Source of the DNA: a virus
Direction: 5' to 3' (one strand)
IMG/VR virus record: IMGVR_UViG_3300005511_000001
DNA length: 64,000 nt
The position numbers and the translations under genes are program-made. A model generated the notes under the pieces. That model searched no databases. It was not told where the DNA came from and saw only the letters and a list, made by a program, of their open reading frames with translations. How positions within the stretch are numbered: the first letter of the stretch is position 1; every line of letters begins with the position of its first letter. Positions 10,601-19,606 of this stretch are shown in pieces.

Positions 10601-12876
10601 ACGTCTTCCAGATACTTGAGCACAGCCGGGCCCTGCGCGATTTCCTCGGCTGTGGCCTTGGCCGGATCCTGCTCGGCGATAAACTGCTTCTGGTACGCGA
10701 TCGCCAGGTCCAAGCGAGCGATGGTTTCGCGCTCAACAGCACTGCGGGAGGACTCGTGTGCAGCGTTCGCATCCTCGAGCTTCTTGGCTTCTTGGTCCAA
10801 GCCGGAGAGGTACTTGTTCGAGGCCGCATCCGAGGCAGCGGCGATCGCGTCTTTGCGCAGGAATTCCTTGGCATCCAGCAGGCTCAACTCGTCCTGCGAC
10901 TTCGCGACGGCTTGCGCACGCTTCGCCTCGATATCATTGATCTGCTTGGCGTGCTTCGCCGCCTCTGCATCAGTTCCGTCGTGGTACTTGCGCAACTCCT
11001 CGATCTGTTTGTTGTAGCCGTAGACCTGGTCTTTAATTGCGGCTTCGATATGGTCGCGCTTGAGCTGGTAGTATTCTTCGTCGCCCATCTTCCCTGCGGC
11101 GTGGAAGGCATCTTCCATGCGCGACATGGCCTCGTACATTTCCTTGTCGGCGTTCACCTCGTCCTGAATGCGCGCGAGCCGGTCGGCCAGCTCGGTGCTC
11201 TCGACCTTGTCCACCTTCGGCTTCGGCTCCCGGCCTTCGGTGTCGCGGTAGGTTGGCGTGCCGACGTAAACCGACTGCATCAATTTCATCTGCGCGGCCT
11301 GCTGCACCTCAATCGACTTGCCAGCATTTGCAATTGCGAGCGCAGTCGCTTTCGCTGCGTAGTCCTGATCTACCTTCAGGCGTGCGTCGGCCTCCGCCTT
11401 GTGCTTGGCGGTGATCGTCGCATCCCGCTCGGCGGCAGCCTTGGCGAATGCGTCGTATTGGGATGAGAGTTTCGCCTGCTGTGTTAGATAGGCGACATTC
11501 TCTTCTGCCAGTTCGGCCGCATGCGCAGCGGCCAGCCGCTTACCGGAGTCGGAGAAGCCTACATCCCAAAAGCTGGAGTTCTTTGCATTCTCGTTGGCGA
11601 GGGCTTTGTACTTTGCGTCGATGGCATCTTGAGCTGCCTTGTGGTCTGCCCAGGCGAATCCTTGTTGTAGCAGCGTAGTGGCATTACCGACCTTGTTGGC
11701 TACCCAGACGAAGACGTCGGCAAGGCTGCGGCCCCACTCGTGCAGTTGCTGGTTTTTCGACAGCTCGGATACTTCTTTGTTGGCATCCCTGAGTCCGCTG
11801 GTCAGCGCCATGACAGCAATGGTCAGTGTCTCGTTGAACGTCTCCCCGATTACCGTCTTCAGGTCTTGGGTGTAGCGCTGCATCGATGTGATCTGCTTGC
11901 CGGCGGTATCCATCGCAGCTTCATAGGTGCCAGCGATATCAGCGCCACGCTCAATGACAGCATTCAAACGGGCCTGCACGCGCTCGTTCTCGGTTAATTC
12001 GGCCGCCGTCTTGCCAAGTTCCTCAGCCATCTGGCGGTAGGCGGTTTGCAGGTTCACGTTGATACCAATATTTCGCAGGATCAGCACGTTGCCGCGAGAG
12101 ATACCATTCACCAGGCGGTCGAACGCGTCCGACGAATTGAGGTGGCCGATCACTGCGGCATCCTGCGCGATGCGGGCCAGCTCGGTGGCGTTCTTGAGGT
12201 CGACGTGGGCTTGCACCAGCTTAGTGGCGGACTCGCGGGACTCGATCATCGTAATGCCTTGGCGCGCAATCGCATCGGTCGCGGTATCCATCTGCACCTT
12301 GGTGTAGCCGGCATTTCGCCCGACTACCTCGGTGACCACGCCCAAGGTCTCATAGCGGGCAGCCAGCAGCGCGGCGTCCTTGATATACTCGCCCACCTTG
12401 AGCGCGCTGTAGCCGACTACCAGCAACTTGATGGAGTCGGTCAAGACGTTGGCCTGCTTGGCCGCTTCCGCCTTGGCATCGGCGGCGGCCTTGATTGCAT
12501 CCTCGTAAGCCTTGATCTTGGCGATGGAAGCCTCAGCCTCCTTCGAGACGCCAAGCTGGGCGGCTTGGTAAGCAGCGAGCTGCGAGCGGCTCATGCCGAG
12601 TACTGCGGCCTGCTCCTGCAGTTTCTCGATGAACAATTGTGCCCCGATCGACGCGCTACCCGACGACGTTCCGAGCGCGGTGTTGGCCGCCGCGGTGGCG
12701 CGCGCCTCGGCCGCTTGTGCGCGCATGATCTTCGCCGTGTCGTTCATTTGCCCGTTCGCTGAGCGGGCTGCCTGATCAACCTTGACGCTCGACTCCGCAA
12801 ATTGGTCGAGCGCTTTCTTGCCATCGACCACTTGCGAGGTATCAATTTGTAGGCCAAGGCTGGCGATATCAGGCAT
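7690..12876 (-). CDS. Tape measure protein with C-terminal DUF4214-like segment
   Basis: About 1728 aa Ala-rich helical; follows G/GT chaperones; C-terminal GG...LVGE.GPE motif; LYVSLLGR.GEQAGLDHW...SFIGSDEY segment. Confidence 0.93.
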   Translation of the reverse strand: MPDIASLGLQIDTSQVVDGKKALDQFAESSVKVDQAARSANGQMNDTAKIMRAQAAEARATAAANTALGTSSGSASIGAQLFIEKLQEQAAVLGMSRSQLAAYQAAQLGVSKEAEASIAKIKAYEDAIKAAADAKAEAAKQANVLTDSIKLLVVGYSALKVGEYIKDAALLAARYETLGVVTEVVGRNAGYTKVQMDTATDAIARQGITMIESRESATKLVQAHVDLKNATELARIAQDAAVIGHLNSSDAFDRLVNGISRGNVLILRNIGINVNLQTAYRQMAEELGKTAAELTENERVQARLNAVIERGADIAGTYEAAMDTAGKQITSMQRYTQDLKTVIGETFNETLTIAVMALTSGLRDANKEVSELSKNQQLHEWGRSLADVFVWVANKVGNATTLLQQGFAWADHKAAQDAIDAKYKALANENAKNSSFWDVGFSDSGKRLAAAHAAELAEENVAYLTQQAKLSSQYDAFAKAAAERDATITAKHKAEADARLKVDQDYAAKATALAIANAGKSIEVQQAAQMKLMQSVYVGTPTYRDTEGREPKPKVDKVESTELADRLARIQDEVNADKEMYEAMSRMEDAFHAAGKMGDEEYYQLKRDHIEAAIKDQVYGYNKQIEELRKYHDGTDAEAAKHAKQINDIEAKRAQAVAKSQDELSLLDAKEFLRKDAIAAASDAASNKYLSGLDQEAKKLEDANAAHESSRSAVERETIARLDLAIAYQKQFIAEQDPAKATAEEIAQGPAVLKYLEDVRAARARIAAGLDIQQSIQYKDKAADQAIKDWQRTGQMISDSLTDAFGKAGKAAGDMFKAYAQGVEGQLRAQKDLIAAKKLADDNPAKIEAINRAQLNGSLAQIKSYADMTTAAQGFFAEGSRGYQAMHAASVLLHSAEVALSLIKGVNAVLTQGEGDPYSAFGRMAAMAAIVTGLGVALSGGSGGGGGQSAADVQKAQGTGTVFGDSSAKSDSIRRSIEQLTTNSNDMLPINQGMLTALQNIESAMTGLTNLVVRTPGLTDGSSFGVKEGVLSIGNGVTSAVTTLTSLGVGKWTEPLSNALASFWGKTTQKIVDSGLQYGGSIRSLQQGIGFDQYASVDTTKSSFFGLSKKTSNRVEVQGLNDELSKQFGLIFTNLDTSLRAAATAMGGSAADVTKVLDNLTLESTKVSLKGLTGTALTDALNSVISKSMDEIAAAAFPQLDQFRKVGEGYAETVIRLAGDYAKLDSILAASGTTFGATGIASIAARGRLIELVGGIDKLANQANSFNQNFLTKAEQLAPVQKYVTDQLAAMGLQSLDTRDKFKDYVLGLANSGALATEAGAQQYAALLALADAFAKTHKATEDLTKSEQEIADERKDLQQQYDELTLNSIDLYNKQRLAIDASNRALADQVNALNRFNSAKSNAQSAYESERSALQSIIDKRMQEADATKKLIDSLNLGDLSTLSPEQKYLEAQRQFDAASTVEAKNAAAQTLLQASRAYNGSTDAYSRDYAKVQGVLATQLASQKSAASIAQQQLDVLDKMAVDVLGLDKSTDTLTKAVQDFQKATLELGAAMIALAGANQAAGRPGDSGLADKGQSAVLDVIDGLYVSLLGRHGEQAGLDHWLKMVQGGMSYDQLTASFIGSDEYKALHPTPHAQGGLANGWSLVGEEGPELVNFGQTGRVYTASQTRAALSDSSSSAEVASLLKEVIAELRSDKTQRGAVGVATLKKLDTLAEDNVKLKRELARA

Positions 12877-13238
12877 CACTTATCCTTCTTGTATTGGTGC
12901 GACAGGTACAGGTCGTCGAGCCTGTCGAGAATGTCGTGCTCGTGCGGCTCGAAGGAGACGCGTTGGCGCGCGCACCAAGCGAGTATTTCTTCGCTGGCGA
13001 TGGGGAGCGGTCCCATGCCGCTCTGCCGCTTCCGGCTGAGCTTCAGGAACCACTCCCAGAGGTAGGCCAGCTCGTGCGGAAGATTCGGCGCGACCGGCGC
13101 CTCCGGCGGCTTGTACAACGGGTGCCGCTTTGCCGCGTCGACGTGCTCGCCGATCGAGCTGCCGTCGGCTGCCTTGCTTAGCCGTTCGAACTGGTGATTG
13201 GCGAAGGCGAGGAGGCTGGCGACGAGATCTTCAAAAAA
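12876..13238 (-). CDS. Tail assembly chaperone GT extension (-1 frame)
   Basis: -1 frame is open from the TTTTTTG site to TGA at 12876 (EDLVASLLAFANHQF...LAYLWEWFLKLSRKR...). Confidence 0.8.
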   Translation of the reverse strand, partial: FFEDLVASLLAFANHQFERLSKAADGSSIGEHVDAAKRHPLYKPPEAPVAPNLPHELAYLWEWFLKLSRKRQSGMGPLPIASEEILAWCARQRVSFEPHEHDILDRLDDLYLSHQYKKDK

Positions 13239-13672
13239 TTCGCGTCAACCTCCAGCGCGGCATTGACCTTGTCTTCCCAAGTGGGGAATTTTTTGAATGC
13301 GGCCAGGCCCAGCTCTTTCGTGTACGCGGTGGGCTGGCCGTTGCTGGTGAAGCCATACCAGTCTTTCACCACGGAGAGCGCCAGACGCGTGGCGTTGCTA
13401 TCGACCGCTTCCACCAGTTTGCTGGCCCCGTCATCGGTCTTTGCGTCGATCGCGGTTTTGCGAACAGCCGAGCGCTTGAAGCCCTCAGCGCGAATAGCAT
13501 GATTCTCGGCCTGGTATTCGGGGCTGTTCTTGCCGACGATGACAAAGCCGGCGACCGCTTCCCCATCGTCATTGAACAGGACGTCGACTTTATGGGTAAC
13601 CGGCGCAGTTTCGATAGCGGTCAGGTTGGAGATATCGAAGCCTACGGCGGCGATGGTTTGGGCAGTATTCAT
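13178..13672 (-). CDS. Tail assembly chaperone G
   Basis: 164 aa between tail tube and tape measure; slippery site near its 3' end. Confidence 0.8.
   Translation of the reverse strand: MNTAQTIAAVGFDISNLTAIETAPVTHKVDVLFNDDGEAVAGFVIVGKNSPEYQAENHAIRAEGFKRSAVRKTAIDAKTDDGASKLVEAVDSNATRLALSVVKDWYGFTSNGQPTAYTKELGLAAFKKFPTWEDKVNAALEVDANFLKISSPASSPSPITSSNG
13232..13238 (-). promoter_or_regulatory. Programmed -1 ribosomal frameshift heptamer T TTT TTG
   Basis: AAT TTT TTG in G frame; same heptamer class as P2 E/E'. Confidence 0.8.
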
Positions 13673-13799
13673 GGTGTTGCCTTTCTTCGCGGGATAATAG
13701 GTGCCCGTGCCGGCCGCTGCGCCCGCGAAGGCGACAGCGACCGGTCGGTGCTGGTGATGGCTTGCGCCAAAAGTGAATGCCGGCGGCGCCGGCGGTGGA

Positions 13800-15005
13800 T
13801 TACAGAGTGGTGTCCTGGACGGCCAGCGTGGTCAACTCGTGCTGGAGGTCGGCGCCCTTGTAGCGCAGAATGTCGAACTGGCAGGTGATGATCTTGTTCT
13901 TCTCGCCGTCGTCGACCTTGGCGGAAGTGATCTTGATGCGCCCCATCTGGAGCGCAAGCACGTCGGCCAGCGGCAGATTGTTCGACGCCATCGCGTAGGC
14001 CAGCGAGACCTCGGTCTCCGACTTGAAGTAGTCGATGTACGCGCTATCCTGCATCAGCACAGTGAACTGGCCAGTGCCCAGCACTTTGCCGCGGGAAGCG
14101 GCAGTGGCGTACTTCGAACCGATGACAGGGTCGATCTTGACCTGGCCGTCCAGCGATACCGACATACCGGTGCAGATTTGCGATGGGATGCCTGCTACCG
14201 ACAACAGTGCGGTGGCACCGGAAAACTTGCCAGTTCCCGGCGCCGCCGTCGGCGTGCCGAAGTAGGCCGCAGGGGTAGTCGGGTCTTCGCGCTTGCCCAT
14301 GAAGGTAAAGTCGCAACTGGTCATACCGTTCGGCTGCACGGCCATGTCCATCTTGCTGACCAACTGGTCCACGAACGTCCGGTGGACCGAGATATCGGGC
14401 TGCTGGATCTCTGCAGTGAAGAAGTCGGTGGTGTGGCCGGTCAGCGGTGTGAAGGTGCGCTTACCCGGTGCCGCGATCGCGACGTTGTCGCCTGCGGCTT
14501 TGGTGACGATCACGCTGCCGTCGAGGTACTGGCCGGTCAGCTTCAGCGCAGTTGCGCTGGTGATGAAGAAATTCTTCGCGTTGTTCGCAGTAGCTGGGGC
14601 GGTGAAACCAGTGACGCGGACCACCGTACCAGCGCGGTGTCCATCAGCCAGGAACGAACCGGCGGTCCGGGTGAAGCCGTCGGCGACCGCCGCGATGGTC
14701 GTGGCAGACGCCGTGCTGCCGGCCAAGGTAAAGTCACGGCGCATCAGCGCGGCCATCAGGATAGCGTAGGTGCCGCACGACGCCTCTCCTTTCAGGTCGC
14801 CGCTGGTACGGAAGTTGCCCAGTCGGGTGTCGCCCTGCTGCTGGCTTGGGTCTTTCTCGTTGCTCGAGTACTTGTCGGCGTCGGTGTCGAAGGTTGCCGT
14901 GACGTTCGGGTAGATCTGGCCGCCGGCGGCCAACGCCTTGGTGCCTTCGGCAGATTGCTTGGCCAGCACCAGCAGGGTGTTAATACCATTTGCAGTAGCG
15001 GACAT
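13800..15005 (-). CDS. Major tail tube protein
   Basis: 401 aa; LAKQSAEGT, G.F.TSGDL..E motifs; position between terminator and chaperone. Confidence 0.85.
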   Translation of the reverse strand: MSATANGINTLLVLAKQSAEGTKALAAGGQIYPNVTATFDTDADKYSSNEKDPSQQQGDTRLGNFRTSGDLKGEASCGTYAILMAALMRRDFTLAGSTASATTIAAVADGFTRTAGSFLADGHRAGTVVRVTGFTAPATANNAKNFFITSATALKLTGQYLDGSVIVTKAAGDNVAIAAPGKRTFTPLTGHTTDFFTAEIQQPDISVHRTFVDQLVSKMDMAVQPNGMTSCDFTFMGKREDPTTPAAYFGTPTAAPGTGKFSGATALLSVAGIPSQICTGMSVSLDGQVKIDPVIGSKYATAASRGKVLGTGQFTVLMQDSAYIDYFKSETEVSLAYAMASNNLPLADVLALQMGRIKITSAKVDDGEKNKIITCQFDILRYKGADLQHELTTLAVQDTTL

Positions 15006-15023
15006 GTGAAGCCTTTCGGAAAT

Positions 15024-15074
15024 AAAAAAGGCCCGCACATGGCGAGCCGTAAAGAAAAAACCGCCTTTCGGCGG
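15024..15074 (-). terminator. Two tandem intrinsic terminators
   Basis: Minus strand CCGCC-GAAA-GGCGG-T6 and GGCTCGC-N5-GCGGGCC-T6. Confidence 0.75.
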
Positions 15075-15081
15075 CCGGTGG

Positions 15082-15495
15082 TTATGCGGAAAAAACGTCA
15101 GCGTGCCAGCGTATCCGAACGGTCTGGCGCCAGCGCCCCTCCTCCGGCGCGCCGGCGGCGATCTCAGGCGTTTTGTCGATCTGTACGGTTACGCCGCTGT
15201 CGCTAAAGGCAGAGCCTCGCTTGAACAGCGCTCGCAGCTGCTCGGCGCGCTGTGCGCAAGGCAACGTGCCAGTCAGCAGCGGATATTGGAGATCAACCTG
15301 GAAGATTCCAGCCTCTCGGTGGAAAGATTGGCCCACCACCGGGTTGCTCGGCTCGGCGACCAGCAAGTAGGCCTCACAGTACGGCACGTCGTCTTGAGGC
15401 TCGTACCGCTCGCTATTCTCGTGCACGATATCGATGCCCGGCGTGATGCTGGCCAGCGCGTCCTCCAGTGCATTACGTATGTTCGGTATGCTCAT
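15082..15495 (-). CDS. Tail terminator protein (DUF4128-like)
   Basis: 137 aa; G.FQVDLQYP..G pattern; position before tail tube gene. Confidence 0.75.
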   Translation of the reverse strand: MSIPNIRNALEDALASITPGIDIVHENSERYEPQDDVPYCEAYLLVAEPSNPVVGQSFHREAGIFQVDLQYPLLTGTLPCAQRAEQLRALFKRGSAFSDSGVTVQIDKTPEIAAGAPEEGRWRQTVRIRWHADVFSA

Positions 15496-16082
15496 AGTGA
15501 ATAGGTCTTGAAGCCCTGCGTGAAGTCTTCCGCACTAGTGCCGTTCCGGATGCCGTTGACGACGTTATCAACGATGGTGCGCCACTCGACGACAGTCAAG
15601 GCGACGACGCCGAGCGGGGCCTGCTTCGACCAGCCCTTCTCCAGCCGTTCCGCGTAAGGCAAATTGTTCCGGAAGTGGATCACATCGCCCGCCTTGGCCG
15701 CAGCCAAAATCGCCTTATGCGCCTCCAGAGTAATGTTTCCGCTCGGGTCCAGCACCGTCCCGACGGTGTTGTCCGGCGCACCGATCGAAACCATCCATGC
15801 GCCGCGGAAGCGCCCGCCCACGTAGCCAACACCTGACATGCGGTAGGTCGACGAGCCGTTGCTCATGAAGCCAAGTTGCCAGTTCGCCTTCGGCCCGGCC
15901 GCGCTGAACTTGCCGAAAACCTTAGGCTTATTCGGGTTCACCTTCCATGTGGTCGGGTCGCCCACCGGCGAGCGATACATCAGCTTGCCGTCCACTGCCA
16001 GCGCGCAGTACTTCACCGCAGTATCGAGGTCGGTGCCGACCTTTTTGCACCACTCCGCAATTTGAAGCGAGAACGACGCCAT
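15492..16082 (-). CDS. HK97 gp10-like neck/tail completion protein
   Basis: SPVG...GRFRGAW..S, NNLPYA.RLE.G.SKQAP.G motifs; start moved to ATG 16082 (TGATG overlap). Confidence 0.85.
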   Translation of the reverse strand: MASFSLQIAEWCKKVGTDLDTAVKYCALAVDGKLMYRSPVGDPTTWKVNPNKPKVFGKFSAAGPKANWQLGFMSNGSSTYRMSGVGYVGGRFRGAWMVSIGAPDNTVGTVLDPSGNITLEAHKAILAAAKAGDVIHFRNNLPYAERLEKGWSKQAPLGVVALTVVEWRTIVDNVVNGIRNGTSAEDFTQGFKTYSL

Positions 16083-16465
16083 CAAATCCGGGCGACCAGT
16101 TGCCATACAACGACCACACCGGCCGGCGCAACCTTGTCGATGTTCTTGACCTTGTAGGTCACGCCGCCGGCCAGCACGAGGTCGTCCTCCTTCATCTGCG
16201 GGAGGGCTGCGCCGGTCTCGTCGAATGCCGACATTAGGATCTTGCGGTCGCCGGACTTGATCAGCGTGCCGTTGATGGTGCCGACGCCCAGGTCGTGCGC
16301 GGTGACGCCGGTTTCTATGCCCCATGCTTTCTTGATGATCGGCGTGCCCGGCACTACCGCGCCTCCGACGTATGCGCCCGGCTGCTTGAAGGTCAGCATC
16401 AGCAGCTGGCCATCTTCGCGGAAGGCCTCGTCGGCGTCGCGTGCGTCTTGGGCGTAGTCGCTCAT
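16082..16465 (-). CDS. Head closure / head-tail joining protein
   Basis: 127 aa; GTLIKSGDRKI, D.V..GG..Y.V pattern. Confidence 0.75.
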   Translation of the reverse strand: MSDYAQDARDADEAFREDGQLLMLTFKQPGAYVGGAVVPGTPIIKKAWGIETGVTAHDLGVGTINGTLIKSGDRKILMSAFDETGAALPQMKEDDLVLAGGVTYKVKNIDKVAPAGVVVVWQLVARI

Positions 16466-16839
16466 GCGTTCGGTTTCATGTAATCGTAAGGTGGCGTCTC
16501 TTCAAAGCGTACCGCCTTGATCGTCGCCTTGCCGTCTATCAGCGCGCGCAGGACGCGATGCCAGCCGTCCATGATGAAGCCCTCGGCACAGAGAATGATC
16601 GGGCAGCTCGTATCCACATCCAGCGCCCGGCGCATGTGATGCGCAATCCCCAAAGCACTACCAACGGGCGTCCAAATGTTCACGCCGGCGTAAATTGCGG
16701 CGAGCGGCAAATCGAATGGTACTAAACCCTTCGCCTTGGCGATCAGGTTAGTGACGACCCATACCCTACCATCGCTCTCTTCGTAGGTGTTTTCATCAAC
16801 CCTCACGCCGGCGATCTTCACCACAGGATAAGCACTCAT
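16462..16839 (-). CDS. ParB/Srx-like N-terminal domain protein
   Basis: PIIL...G.IMDGWHRV..A motif; ATGA-coupled on both sides. Confidence 0.7.
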   Translation of the reverse strand: MSAYPVVKIAGVRVDENTYEESDGRVWVVTNLIAKAKGLVPFDLPLAAIYAGVNIWTPVGSALGIAHHMRRALDVDTSCPIILCAEGFIMDGWHRVLRALIDGKATIKAVRFEETPPYDYMKPNA

Positions 16840-17354
16840 CCGCGCACCATCTTTCCCAAAGTGCCCGAGCCGACCAGGTACGGCGCCAGCAGTTGGTCGA
16901 CCGCGCGGTAGCGCACGTGCTCCGGCGCGCCGTCGGCGTAGATGGTCTTGATAGGGCCGATCTGCTTTTCCTTGACGGTGCGTTTAAGTGGTGGCGCGAG
17001 GTCACCGCTGTTCGCTTGTAGCGCCAGCACAGCACAAGCATTCACGACCTCGGCCGGCACCACGTTCCATGGGACGTATGCTGGAACCGCGCCAAAGCCA
17101 ACGTCCGGAAGCTGAACGTTGTAACGTGGCCAGTCGAGGGCCTGGGTGGCGCTCGTGCGCTGCCCCTTCCAGCTGTCGCGGTATTGGCCCACCATGTACT
17201 CGGTCGCCTTGATCAACAGTGCTTCCTTCGTCGTGGTGTCCAGTGCGGCCCACGCGGCATTCAAACGTTTCGCGTGGTACGCATCTGCGGCGGCCACGCT
17301 GGCGTAGCTCTCGGCATTAGGCAGGCCGGCGCCGGTTTCAATGGTGAGGGCCAT
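16836..17354 (-). CDS. Head-tail adaptor (DnaT-like phage family)
   Basis: MALTIETGAGLPNAESYASVAAADAY, Q.L.WPR, VP.EV..A motifs. Confidence 0.8.
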   Translation of the reverse strand: MALTIETGAGLPNAESYASVAAADAYHAKRLNAAWAALDTTTKEALLIKATEYMVGQYRDSWKGQRTSATQALDWPRYNVQLPDVGFGAVPAYVPWNVVPAEVVNACAVLALQANSGDLAPPLKRTVKEKQIGPIKTIYADGAPEHVRYRAVDQLLAPYLVGSGTLGKMVRG

Positions 17355-17373
17355 CGTTATGCAATCTCCGCGG

Positions 17374-18960
17374 TTAGACAATTGCCGACAGAGCGCCTTT
17401 CAATTTCGGCGCCATCACCTCTTCAATGCCGAGCTCATTCTCGTGGACGGCGTCGTATTTGTACTTTGTCACCAAGCGGTCCGGGTAAAGCCCCTGCACC
17501 AGCTCAGGGAACTCGATCCAGATCACGTTCACTTTGTCGGCAGCGGCTTTGATTTTCGCGTTGATCGCGAGACGGAAATCTTCCTGCGAAGTGCCGTAGT
17601 CATCGCGCGGCAGCACGCCGCGCATGACGAGGTGCGGAATGCGGTAGTCGATGCACAACTGGATCAGCTCGCTGATATGCGAGCCCTGGCGCTCGGCAAT
17701 CCGAGGGTTTGGAGACAGGCCGGTGTCGTTGGTGCTGGCCGGGGCGGCAACGAGCACGGACGGCGGAGGCACGCCAGCCGCAAGAAAAGCACGCAGCGTT
17801 GCGATGTAGGTGTCGGAAGTCTGCGAGCTGCCAGCCATGTTGGCAAACACCACAGGTTTTTCTGGCGTGCTCAGGTCCATACACGCACGCATCACCCAGC
17901 ATGAGGTCTTATCATTTACCAAGGCATCGCATTGGTCGGTAGAATCTCCTGCCACCCACACGGATAGCACCGGTACGCGGAAGCGCACAATCGGATAGAT
18001 CTCGATGGTTGTGGCGCCGGCTGTCATGCCTACGGCTGGGTTGGCCACGCCATCGTTGTTGGCGGTGGAATTTTGCAGGATGCGGTTTCGCATCGCCGCC
18101 GTCGGCGCCGCCAGCGCGGTCGTGTAGGTGGAGATGAACGCGAAGTTATTGGCAGTGCCATCGATGCGAGAACGATACATCAGCAGCGGACGACCACCGA
18201 CAACGTCAGCGCGATTGATGCTGGCATTCGGAATCCAGTCCGACAGCGGGCTAAGTGATTGTAGGGTAGCACCTGAAGCCGGGATTGCGACGGATGATGC
18301 GCCGGACCAGGTGACGCTCTTATAGCCGTTCACGTCCGTGGAACCTTGCAGCGCGTTGTAGCTGACGCCGTTGATGGTCGGCGCGTTGTACTTGATCGAG
18401 GGCGTGGTTTCCGCAGTCTCGGTGACACCGACAAGCGCGGTCAGCGAAGCAATGGCATTGACGCCGCGATTGACTGCAATGAATCGCACCGCATCGAACG
18501 GCGCTTCCATTTCCATCTTCACTTGTGTGGTGAAGTTGGACGGGGACAGGCCGGTCGATTGATTGAACGCGATGCCACCTGCCGCAATGCCAGCGAACTT
18601 CACCAGCGCTTCCATACGACGAGCTCCGGCAATCGGCGCTGGCTGGATGGTGGTCAATTTGTTCGGCGAGAACTGAATAGTCCCGAGTACCGCATCCGCC
18701 ACCACAGCATCAATACTGCCTGCGGTGCAGGCGATCAGCACCTTCTGGGTTCCTTCGTATCCGCTGATAGGCGCCAGCGCGGCCGAACCGATCTGCCAGG
18801 TAGCCTTCGAGTTGGTTCCGCCGAGCGCTTGGTCCAGCAGGTAGGCCACGCCGGCGGTACCGCTCGAGCCCAGCGTCGGCTTGATCGTCAGCGCTTTGCC
18901 TTCTGGCAGCGTGATGGTCTTTGGCAGTTCGCCTACTTTGATCGTGGTGGTGATGGACAT
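17374..18960 (-). CDS. SGNH/GDSL hydrolase-domain protein
   Basis: C-terminal AGDST (block I), MAG (II), STND (III), YDAVHEN (V). Confidence 0.75.
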   Translation of the reverse strand: MSITTTIKVGELPKTITLPEGKALTIKPTLGSSGTAGVAYLLDQALGGTNSKATWQIGSAALAPISGYEGTQKVLIACTAGSIDAVVADAVLGTIQFSPNKLTTIQPAPIAGARRMEALVKFAGIAAGGIAFNQSTGLSPSNFTTQVKMEMEAPFDAVRFIAVNRGVNAIASLTALVGVTETAETTPSIKYNAPTINGVSYNALQGSTDVNGYKSVTWSGASSVAIPASGATLQSLSPLSDWIPNASINRADVVGGRPLLMYRSRIDGTANNFAFISTYTTALAAPTAAMRNRILQNSTANNDGVANPAVGMTAGATTIEIYPIVRFRVPVLSVWVAGDSTDQCDALVNDKTSCWVMRACMDLSTPEKPVVFANMAGSSQTSDTYIATLRAFLAAGVPPPSVLVAAPASTNDTGLSPNPRIAERQGSHISELIQLCIDYRIPHLVMRGVLPRDDYGTSQEDFRLAINAKIKAAADKVNVIWIEFPELVQGLYPDRLVTKYKYDAVHENELGIEEVMAPKLKGALSAIV

Positions 18961-19026
18961 GGGCTATCTCGGCGGCGGGATGAAAAAATCCCGCGCGCGG
19001 CGGGCTGGTGGTGAAACAAGGCCAGG

Positions 19027-19539
19027 TTACGCGGCGGTCAGCAGCGTGAGTAGCTCGGCCTTGTTGGCGGAAGCCGGGAAGCTGGTTCCCTTGGCGGTCA
19101 GTGCAGCTTGCAGCTCGTCCTTGCTCATGGCGGAATAGTTCGGTGCACCGGCGGTGCCGGTCGCGGCCAGCGCGGCCTTCTCGTCGGCTAGGCGTTGCGC
19201 TTCGATGTGATTGGCGGCCTCGCGCTCGGCCAGCGCCGATTCCCGGGCAGCCAACTCCTGCTCGCGCTCGTCCAGAGTGCCGGCACGCTGGTTCAGGCGC
19301 AGTTCGCGGTCATCCAGCTCGTCGCTACGCTCCAGCAGCTGGTTGCGGCTGGCGATCAGTTCGGCCAGAGTTGGCACGCCGTCGCCGGTGTCGCCGGACG
19401 TGTTACCAGTATCGCCCAGCGACTCGCCTTCCAGCAGCTCTTGCTTGGACGGGTCGAAGTCGGCGCGGTTGATGACGACGTAGCCCAGTGGATTGTCGGT
19501 GCTGGTCGGCGCAACGATTTTGATAGTTTCGATTTGCAT
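19027..19539 (-). CDS. Capsid-region protein with coiled coil and C-terminal HeH/LEM-like motif
   Basis: MSKDELQAAL..KG..FPASANKAELL.LL; follows the capsid gene. Confidence 0.7.
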   Translation of the reverse strand: MQIETIKIVAPTSTDNPLGYVVINRADFDPSKQELLEGESLGDTGNTSGDTGDGVPTLAELIASRNQLLERSDELDDRELRLNQRAGTLDEREQELAARESALAEREAANHIEAQRLADEKAALAATGTAGAPNYSAMSKDELQAALTAKGTSFPASANKAELLTLLTAA

Positions 19540-19606
19540 GTTGATCTCGCAGAGAAGCGGAGAGCCAAAGCCCTCCGCATTTCAGGACCGGCAGGCGCCG
19601 GAACGA

